Shown here in pieces: positions 1 through 5,170 of a DNA stretch of 5,172 bases (positions are counted from its first letter, which is position 1; each line of letters begins with the position of its first letter). Origin of the DNA: a virus. A program made the translations under genes and the position numbers. The stretch lies in IMG/VR virus record IMGVR_UViG_3300027797_000007. One strand, 5' to 3'. The notes beneath the pieces are model-generated. The model searched no databases, had not been told where the DNA came from, and worked only from the letters and a program-made list of their open reading frames with translations.

Positions 1-104
1 ACCTGCTTTTAAGTTGTTTATTTCGCTTTGCAGTTTATCCCCTCCTCTACCTTCTTTGTTGTCTGAATCTACGTTTAGATTTCTTGCTTGTGCTTCTTTC
101 AATT
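1..104. repeat. Terminal direct repeat, copy A. Exact duplicate of 5069..5172, interpreted as the overlap from linearising a circular genome.
   Basis: Base-by-base reading shows 1..104 (acctgcttttaagttgtttatttcgc...gcttctttcaatt) is identical to 5069..5172. The repeat lies inside one continuous minus-strand reading frame, so it is coding sequence seen twice rather than a functional repeat. Confidence 0.9.
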
Positions 105-534
105 TTATATCTGCTGCTGCGCTTGAAGCGTTTACAATATCAATATAATTTGGCGTTGGTGCGCTTCCTGCTGCTGCTGAACCTCCACTTGCTGAACCTC
201 CTGTTTGACTTCCTAACGTTGAACCGCCCATACCTCCTTTTCCGTATAATAGCGAAGCGTTTAGACCTGCATCTTTTAACATTCCTAATTGAGCTCCCGG
301 TCCTGTACGTTTGAATGTGTCCATTTGTATTTCTTGCCCTTGTTCATTTAGTTGTCTTTGTTTTTCATATTGTTGTTGGTTTAGTGTTTGTTGGTTTTGT
401 AATTGTAAGGCCATTAGATTTTTTTGATCTGCTAACGCTTTTTTACGTTGTCTATTGTTGTGGATCCAAGATCCTATCGTTGTTCCTGCTGCTACTCCTA
501 ATTTTAGCAATAACGGTAATAATGGTGCTGGCAT
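1..534 (-). CDS. VP2: N-terminal part (178 codons) of the VP2-like DNA pilot / minor capsid protein. Runs off the window start and continues at 5068 by circular wrap. Not listed in the supplied ORF track.
   Basis: Manual minus-strand translation from ATG at 534..532 gives MPAPLLPLLLKLGVAAGTTIGSWIHNNRQRKKALADQKNLMALQLQNQQTLNQQQYEKQRQLNEQGQEIQMDTFKRTGPGAQLGMLKDAGLNASLLYGKGGMGGSTLGSQTGGSASGGSAAAAGSAPTPNYIDIVNASSAAADIKLKEAQARNLNVDSDNKEGRGGDKLQSEINNLKAG. There are no stops. It runs in frame into the LKEAQARNLNVDSD... start of the 4478..5170 ORF through the duplicated 104 nt. An in-frame stop lies upstream at 571..573 with no other start codon in between. The hydrophobic N-terminus, Q-rich helical stretch and Gly/Ser-rich linker are typical of microvirus pilot proteins. 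Confidence 0.85.
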   Translation of the reverse strand, partial: MPAPLLPLLLKLGVAAGTTIGSWIHNNRQRKKALADQKNLMALQLQNQQTLNQQQYEKQRQLNEQGQEIQMDTFKRTGPGAQLGMLKDAGLNASLLYGKGGMGGSTLGSQTGGSASGGSAAAGSAPTPNYIDIVNASSAAADIKLKEAQARNLNVDSDNKEGRGGDKLQSEINNLKAG

Positions 535-571
535 TTTGTTTAGTTTAAATTGTTTGTTTTCGTGCTTTTTT

Positions 572-583
572 TAAAAGCTTTTA
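572..583. repeat. Perfect 12-nt palindrome taaaagctttta in the intergenic region upstream of VP2
   Basis: The sequence taaaagctttta at 572..583 equals its own reverse complement. It lies 38 nt upstream (minus-strand sense) of the VP2 ATG, between the terminator-like hairpin and the VP2 start. Confidence 0.5.
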
Positions 584-629
584 TATTTCCTTGGTATATA
601 TGAATACGTGCGTACTACTTGTTTAAATA

Positions 630-653
630 AAGGGGGGATTTTACTCCCCCCTT
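630..653 (-). terminator. GC-rich stem-loop, a candidate rho-independent terminator after the capsid gene block
   Basis: aagggggga (630..638) pairs perfectly with tcccccctt (645..653), giving a 9-bp stem including a G6/C6 run and a 6-nt loop (ttttac). On the coding (minus) strand it begins 7 nt after the TGA stop of the 105-aa ORF. It is followed by TATTTAAAC, so the stem's terminal TT plus this sequence forms a U-rich tail. It is the most GC-rich element in an otherwise AT-rich genome. Confidence 0.6.
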
Positions 654-659
654 ATCACG

Positions 660-977
660 TCACGTATTGGCTACGGTTTCCGTATTTTCATTTTCATTGC
701 CTTCTACTAATTTTAGATGACCATACTTTTCGTCGCGTTTAGCGGTTACGCTTGCTGCAACTTTATCCATTGCGTCAGCTGCAATTTCAAATCGGTCTGT
801 TCTAATGTTGTATGCTGCAATTACTCCTTCTTTACGTTCTGTGTGTATAATAGGCGCACCGTCTTCAATGGGTTCATTATTTTGAATAATGCGTTCCATT
901 TTTGTTTCGATTGTTTCGCCTTCTACTCGTTCTTCTCCCTCCAAGGAAGTTGAATCATAATAAGGTATTTTATACAT
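660..977 (-). CDS. 105-aa acidic small protein immediately downstream of the capsid gene. Possibly an internal scaffolding-type (VP3-like) protein, function unproven.
   Basis: Intact ORF from ATG at 977..975 to TGA at 662..660. The start codon lies 1 nt after the VP1 TAA stop (TAA-A-ATG on the minus strand), which suggests translational coupling. The protein is rich in Glu and Asp (EGEERVEGETIETKMERIIQNNEPIEDGAP...). Its position next to the capsid gene and its size fit a microvirus scaffolding protein. I do not recognise a defining motif with certainty. Confidence 0.6.
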   Translation of the reverse strand: MYKIPYYDSTSLEGEERVEGETIETKMERIIQNNEPIEDGAPIIHTERKEGVIAAYNIRTDRFEIAADAMDKVAASVTAKRDEKYGHLKLVEGNENENTETVANT

Positions 978-978
978 T

Positions 979-3033
979 TTACAGGTTTGGGATTACTTTA
1001 GCACTCATTTTGCGACGGCACGTTACGTTATTTCCAATTTGGATCCAAAAATTTTGGCTATCTAGTTGGGTTTCTGCGAATACGTTGTTGAATTTGCTAG
1101 GGTCGATATATGTGGTAATATCTTTAACTCCGTTTGGTACTCCGCTTTGAGTGAACGCTTGTTCGTACCTCCTATTAAGAGTCATAAACATTTCTCTATC
1201 TTCCATTGCAAAGTTTCCCCGGCATCGGTTTGTGTTTGTCATATAATTTACCCAAGCCGGTTGTTTACCTGCTGATTTAAATTGAGTTACGAAATTTCCC
1301 GGTGCTACTTCTTGTACTACTGTATCAAAATAGGCCATTTGGTCTGTAACTAAATCTTGGTACCCAATTGCGTCTAATGCGGGCTTATGGAAGTCGTTCA
1401 TAGTTTTTAGATTAGTGTCCCATTGGTTACCTTGTGAGTAATCAATTCTTGGTGTTAAACTAACGATTCCCATAATATAACTAGGTTCGTTACATTTAAT
1501 CCTTACTTTTCCACCTTTATCTTTTCCTGTCATTCTTCCACGTCCTGCAAGTGTTCCGAGCGGCTGGTCGGGTTGTGCGCTTGTATTAATTACTTCCTCG
1601 AATGCTAGTTCTCGAATTAACGATCCGTGGTAAATTGGATTTTCTACACTTCGAGCTCTTTCGTGTGTGTATACTGCATCTAGCCAATCATCGTATGTTC
1701 CTCCACTAATCGCAATTCGATTAAGCATTGTATATACTTTGCTTGCTAGGTTTAGTGCATCAATTGTAAAGCTATTTCCTACTGTACTAACTCTTGTCAC
1801 TTCATTAACTCCATTTGTTCCTGTAATCCATTCAGTCTGAATCCAGTTGTTAAATAAGTCTGACTGATATGTTTTTACTACTAATCCTTGTTGTGAAGAT
1901 GTCATACTGTATCCACCTGTTCCTTTAATTAAGTTTAAACTATAAGGCGTTGGTGTTGTTCCTGCTGATGTTATTTGGAATGCTCCTTGTTGGTTAACTG
2001 CTGCTAGAATGTTTGCTCTCATTGTGTCAATGTTTGCTAGTGGGAAAGCTACTAATTGAGGTTTATTGTTTAATAAACTTCTACTGCTAATTGCTAATGT
2101 TAATGGACTAACTGCATTATAGCTTGTTGGTCTTGCGCTTGGATTATATCCACTCATTACAATTGTTGCGTATGTTACATTTGATCCTCCACCTACTGTA
2201 CCTCCATATGTTACGTTAATGATACTAAACATTTGATTTGGTGTTCTTGCTCCTAGGTTTGTACTAAAGAAATTTGCATCGAAGTTAAAATCGGGTTTAC
2301 TTCCTACAAATTCTGCAGGTAGTAATACTGTTACTACACAACGTAGTTCTGTTGCTGATGCAATTCCTGTTACGCTTCCTCCGTTTAATGAACCTAGAAA
2401 CTGATTTGTAGTTGCATTATATAGATTAACATCTGTAACTGTTGCTGTTGTTGCTTGTGTCATTGGGTTGTGTACTACATATGCGTTTGTTTCTTGTTTG
2501 TTTGAATAATATTGCTTAAAGATATCATAATAAGCAATGTATGGTATTGCATTAAATTCTCTAACGATATCTACGGTTTGTCCCGGGAAATTTGTTCCTA
2601 GTCCCCGAATATTTAAGTAACTAAATATACTTGAAGGGTGTACCTGTGTTGCTGCTCCGTGTGACGATGTATAACTTGCCTTTAGTTGCATTTGTGGTAA
2701 CTTGATTTGACTCATATTCATACCAATATTTAAGGCATTCATATGCAGTTTGGCTTGGTATAGTCTAATTGGTACCTCGAAGATGTCTAGTTGTACTTTA
2801 TAGCTTCCGAATAGTGGGCCAATTGTTGGAAGTGTCATAACTTCACATTCGAGATCAATGTCCCAAGAATCACCCGGTAATCCCACTTCACTCATAAATG
2901 GGATTAGTGTTCCTGCTGCTGCGCTTGTTCTAAATACATAACTTAAGTCGTGTGTAGACCTGTCGTATGTTTTGTCTGAATAGACTTGTTTACCGCCTGC
3001 GCCTAGGCGTTCTCCTCCTAATGTTGTTTTCAT
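979..3033 (-). CDS. VP1: Major capsid protein (Microviridae VP1 / gpF family), 684 aa
   Basis: This is the largest ORF, with ATG at 3033..3031 and TAA at 981..979. The N-terminal region (STHDLSYVFRTSAAAGTLIPFMSEVGLPGDSWDIDLECEVMTLPTIGPLFGSYKVQLDIFEVPIRLY) matches the remembered conserved N-terminal jelly-roll strands of microvirus F/VP1 proteins, in the variant seen in Bacteroidota-associated (Alpavirinae-like) phages. The genome context (5-kb circle, Rep and pilot protein) is consistent. Confidence 0.9.
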   Translation of the reverse strand: MKTTLGGERLGAGGKQVYSDKTYDRSTHDLSYVFRTSAAAGTLIPFMSEVGLPGDSWDIDLECEVMTLPTIGPLFGSYKVQLDIFEVPIRLYQAKLHMNALNIGMNMSQIKLPQMQLKASYTSSHGAATQVHPSSIFSYLNIRGLGTNFPGQTVDIVREFNAIPYIAYYDIFKQYYSNKQETNAYVVHNPMTQATTATVTDVNLYNATTNQFLGSLNGGSVTGIASATELRCVVTVLLPAEFVGSKPDFNFDANFFSTNLGARTPNQMFSIINVTYGGTVGGGSNVTYATIVMSGYNPSARPTSYNAVSPLTLAISSRSLLNNKPQLVAFPLANIDTMRANILAAVNQQGAFQITSAGTTPTPYSLNLIKGTGGYSMTSSQQGLVVKTYQSDLFNNWIQTEWITGTNGVNEVTRVSTVGNSFTIDALNLASKVYTMLNRIAISGGTYDDWLDAVYTHERARSVENPIYHGSLIRELAFEEVINTSAQPDQPLGTLAGRGRMTGKDKGGKVRIKCNEPSYIMGIVSLTPRIDYSQGNQWDTNLKTMNDFHKPALDAIGYQDLVTDQMAYFDTVVQEVAPGNFVTQFKSAGKQPAWVNYMTNTNRCRGNFAMEDREMFMTLNRRYEQAFTQSGVPNGVKDITTYIDPSKFNNVFAETQLDSQNFWIQIGNNVTCRRKMSAKVIPNL

Positions 3034-3041
3034 TTTTTTTC

Positions 3042-3054
3042 AGTTTTAAGTTTT
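3042..3054 (-). promoter_or_regulatory. 13-nt motif AAAACTTAAAACT (minus-strand sense), 8 nt upstream of the VP1 start codon
   Basis: The plus-strand sequence agttttaagtttt at 3042..3054 is identical to 3332..3344, which sits 6 nt upstream of the 90-aa ORF start. It overlaps the stop codon of the 90-aa ORF (3053..3055). Confidence 0.45.
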
Positions 3055-3325
3055 AGTTTTCTTTTAATTTTTGTTCGATATTTTCTAGCTTGTCTAACGA
3101 TTTGCAATAATCGTTTATTACTATCATTAAGTTTATTAGATTCTTCCAATTTATTTCTTTAATTGCTGATTTTGCCTCTTCATATGTTTCATAGTCTTCT
3201 GAAACTTTATAGTTTCCAAGTGTTGCGAAGCATTTACCTTCTGTTTCTACTACTACGAATGGTGTATTTTCTACTTCTGTTCTCTTTATTAATTCGTTTT
3301 TTTCGTTTACTTCTATTGTATTCAT
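3053..3325 (-). CDS. 90-aa hypothetical protein (orphan ORF between Rep and the capsid gene)
   Basis: Intact ORF from ATG at 3325..3323 to TAA at 3055..3053. It is on the same strand as all other genes, fills the gap before VP1 (19-nt spacer) and is preceded by the same 13-nt motif as VP1. The sequence is MNTIEVNEKNELIKRTEVENTPFVVVETEGKCFATLGNYKVSEDYETYEEAKSAIKEINWKNLINLMIVINDYCKSLDKLENIEQKLKEN. It is acidic with a probable C-terminal helix. I recognise no family. Confidence 0.6.
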   Translation of the reverse strand: MNTIEVNEKNELIKRTEVENTPFVVVETEGKCFATLGNYKVSEDYETYEEAKSAIKEINWKNLINLMIVINDYCKSLDKLENIEQKLKEN

Positions 3326-3331
3326 TTTATT

Positions 3332-3344
3332 AGTTTTAAGTTTT
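3332..3344 (-). promoter_or_regulatory. Second copy of the 13-nt motif AAAACTTAAAACT, 6 nt upstream of the 90-aa ORF start
   Basis: Exact repeat of 3042..3054. A degenerate third copy (plus strand agtttaaattg, 542..552) sits 7 nt upstream of the VP2 ATG. Confidence 0.45.
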
Positions 3345-3482
3345 CGTTAAATTGAATTTTTATAGTTTTATTTAATTTCTATTTTTTCATATTATTTATT
3401 TAAATTTTATATTTTACCTTTTCAGTTTGAATTGGTTTGTGGTGCTAATATATAGTGTCGCTGTCATAACTGCAACCACGGT

Positions 3483-3499
3483 ACGAATTTTTAATTCGT
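3483..3499. other. Short perfect hairpin (7-bp stem, 3-nt loop) just downstream of the Rep stop codon
   Basis: acgaatt (3483..3489) and aattcgt (3493..3499) are exact reverse complements separated by ttt. A competing pairing is ccacg (3476..3480) with cgtgg (3497..3501). On the coding strand no U-tract follows, so it is not a canonical intrinsic terminator. Confidence 0.5.
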
Positions 3500-3515
3500 G
3501 GCGGGGGTGCGGTAT

Positions 3516-4478
3516 TCATTTTATCGTCTTAATATACTCTTTTTGCTTTAATTTTCTTCGTTTATGCTCATATTTTATAGCTTCCCAATTTTTAATGTCG
3601 TTTCCGTATCCTAGTCGGCTATTAAGTTGTTGTGCTTCTTTTAAAACGTTTATATAGTTTTGTTCGCCTTCCTCTGTTGATATGTCTATTTTTTGACCTA
3701 GTATATATCTTTCATTTTTATCTAGTTTTTCTAGCCAAAGTAATTCTCTTTCTTCTTCTGAATATATTTTGTTTCTATAATATATTGGTAATGCTAGTTT
3801 TATTCCTTGTCTAGTTGTATATGTTTCTTTTGTATTTTCAGATTTATATTTATTTAGATCACTATCTGCCCTTTTAATATAGTTTGAACCTATGCCTGCG
3901 CTTGTGTGTAGTTTGGGTATGTATTCTTTATGTTGTTGATCACCTTTATGTAAGTATTTTACTACATAATTAACTGTTTTTTCGTTGCATCTGTTACCTA
4001 TATATACATTTCCGTATTTCCATATTTTACTAATTTCATCTGCTTTATCCGTAAAGATTATTCCGTGTATATGTATTCTTTCAGTATTTGTTTGTCCTAG
4101 TTCTGTTGTTAGCCAATGTTTTACAGACTTTTTATGGTGTTTTCTCCAAAGTTCCAAAAAGTGTCTTATTGCGTATGTTGCGATTTCATTGTCTAATTGG
4201 TATCCATTTGCATTAGTTTTTAATTTTTTGTGTATTTCGTTTAATTTTTCATTACTAAAAGATAGTGTTACGAATTTTCCACTCTGATCGTGCCTTAATT
4301 CTTCTTGTAGTCTTACGCTCCAATTTCTAGCTTTTTGTTTTCTGCACTCAATACACCGTGTGCAGCCAACAGCTACGTAGAGTAACCGTTGGTCTGCTGG
4401 TGCCGGTGGGGGGTTATAGTTATTTTTCTTCGTTGGTTTGTATCTTTTATTATCAATTAATTTTGGATATAAACACAC
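3516..4478 (-). CDS. VP4: Rolling-circle replication initiator protein (Microviridae VP4 / gpA-like, HUH endonuclease), 320 aa
   Basis: All three HUH Rep motifs are readable. Motif I is FVTLSF (aa 69-74). Motif II is HIH in RIHIHGIIF (aa 134-142). Motif III is YVVKY (aa 171-175), with two tyrosines three residues apart as in the remembered YVAKY of phiX174 gpA. The N-terminus starts MC..P and carries a Cys cluster, CTRCIECRK. The apparent start is GTG at 4478..4476 and the stop is TGA at 3518..3516. Confidence 0.9.
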   Translation of the reverse strand: MCLYPKLIDNKRYKPTKKNNYNPPPAPADQRLLYVAVGCTRCIECRKQKARNWSVRLQEELRHDQSGKFVTLSFSNEKLNEIHKKLKTNANGYQLDNEIATYAIRHFLELWRKHHKKSVKHWLTTELGQTNTERIHIHGIIFTDKADEISKIWKYGNVYIGNRCNEKTVNYVVKYLHKGDQQHKEYIPKLHTSAGIGSNYIKRADSDLNKYKSENTKETYTTRQGIKLALPIYYRNKIYSEEERELLWLEKLDKNERYILGQKIDISTEEGEQNYINVLKEAQQLNSRLGYGNDIKNWEAIKYEHKRRKLKQKEYIKTIK

Positions 4479-5170
4479 TATCGAACTATTGTAGGTTGTG
4501 AATATGTTTTTCCTTGTACTGTTTGTGGTGGTGTTTTTGTCGGTATCATTTTCTTTCCGAATGCATCTGTTAGACCTCTGTTTACTGTACCTAAAATATT
4601 TGCTGCTCCTCCTAGTTCTGCTGCGTATCTTAAGGCATTTGAATGCATTTCAGCATTCTTTCCGCTTTGTTCATTGTTCAATTCAGCTATTGTATAGTTT
4701 TGTGCTAGTTTTTGTACTTCTAGATCGTACATTTTTAACATATTATCTAGTTGTCCTTTTGTTAATTCAGTCTGTGCTTTTGTATATAATGATTGAAAGA
4801 ATGAAGTTGCTACTTGTTGATTGTTTAATTTAATTTGACTATTTATTAATTCTTCTTTTTTATTGTTTTCAATATTAGAACCTCTTGTCTGTTCAATTAT
4901 TTGTAGATTACTATTTTTGATTTTTTCAAGTTCTTGTTCTACGTTTTCAATTTTAAATTCTTTTGTTTTATCGTTGATATACAAATCAATATTTTTTAAT
5001 GCGTTGTCTATTGCTATTCCTTCACGTTTGACGTTTTCCGTTTGTACTTGACTTATTATTAGATCTGTACCTGCTTTTAAGTTGTTTATTTCGCTTTGCA
5101 GTTTATCCCCTCCTCTACCTTCTTTGTTGTCTGAATCTACGTTTAGATTTCTTGCTTGTGCTTCTTTCAA
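4478..5170 (-). CDS. VP2: C-terminal part of the VP2-like DNA pilot / minor capsid protein. The 5' end is cut by the window edge and the true start is the ATG at 534 after circular wrap.
   Basis: The frame is open to the window end. The first codon at 5170..5168 is TTG, which is Leu within the longer protein and not a real start. The sequence is rich in Q, N, E and K with heptad-like helical character (LQIIEQTRGSNIENNKKEELINSQIKLNNQQ...). This fits the coiled-coil tube-forming pilot proteins of Microviridae. TAG stop at 4480..4478. Confidence 0.85.
   Translation of the reverse strand: MKEAQARNLNVDSDNKEGRGGDKLQSEINNLKAGTDLIISQVQTENVKREGIAIDNALKNIDLYINDKTKEFKIENVEQELEKIKNSNLQIIEQTRGSNIENNKKEELINSQIKLNNQQVATSFFQSLYTKAQTELTKGQLDNMLKMYDLEVQKLAQNYTIAELNNEQSGKNAEMHSNALRYAAELGGAANILGTVNRGLTDAFGKKMIPTKTPPQTVQGKTYSQPTIVR

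Larger units (their letters stand above)
3326..3515 (-). promoter_or_regulatory. Major non-coding region (190 nt), extremely AT-rich. Probably carries the promoter for the capsid gene block and possibly the replication origin.
   Basis: There is no ORF of meaningful length on the coding strand; the only ATG-initiated frames are 3 and 17 codons. Long A/T runs occupy 3345..3425. On the minus strand TTCAAA-(16 nt)-TAAAAT resembles a sigma-70-type -35/-10 pair, but such matches are expected by chance in AT-rich DNA. Near the Rep stop there is a GC-rich patch (gcgggggtgcgg, 3501..3512) and a hairpin. Confidence 0.4.

Noticed and set aside
84-548. Two plus-strand ORFs from the track (84..314, 76 aa and 315..548, 77 aa)
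   Set aside because: Both are Leu/Phe/Val-rich low-complexity translations. They lie exactly antisense to a continuous, biologically sensible minus-strand frame, the VP2 N-terminus that joins the 4478..5170 ORF in frame. They are artefacts of the T-rich plus strand.
657-666. Tandem cacgt-cacgt pentamer at the 3' end of the 105-aa ORF, plus a nearby acgtg at 606..610
   Set aside because: There are only two copies of a 5-mer, and they overlap the stop codon region. This is too short to separate from chance.
717-1275. Plus-strand ORFs 717..953, 902..1150 and 1066..1275
   Set aside because: They are antisense to the 105-aa ORF and the VP1 C-terminus. They overlap each other and have Cys/Phe/Leu/Val-rich compositions with no motifs. 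Microviruses transcribe one strand only.
3395-3430. Sigma-70-like promoter on the minus strand (TTCAAA, 16-nt spacer, TAAAAT) upstream of the 90-aa ORF
   Set aside because: Not rejected outright but not reported as a discrete feature. Hexamers of this kind occur by chance in such AT-rich DNA, and the inferred Bacteroidota host would use a different promoter consensus (-33 TTTG / -7 TAnnTTTG), which I could not find here.
3410-3466. 17-codon minus-strand mini-ORF (ATGACAGCGACACTATATATTAGCACC... encoding MTATLYISTTNQFKLKR) in the large intergenic region
   Set aside because: It is very short, has no upstream motif like the other genes and overlaps the candidate origin-like string. It is most likely a chance ORF.
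3427-5051. Plus-strand ORFs 3427..3657, 3632..3814, 3985..4287, 4498..4833 and 4863..5051
   Set aside because: All are antisense to Rep or VP2 and have hydrophobic low-complexity translations, as expected from reading a T-rich strand. They lack credible start contexts.
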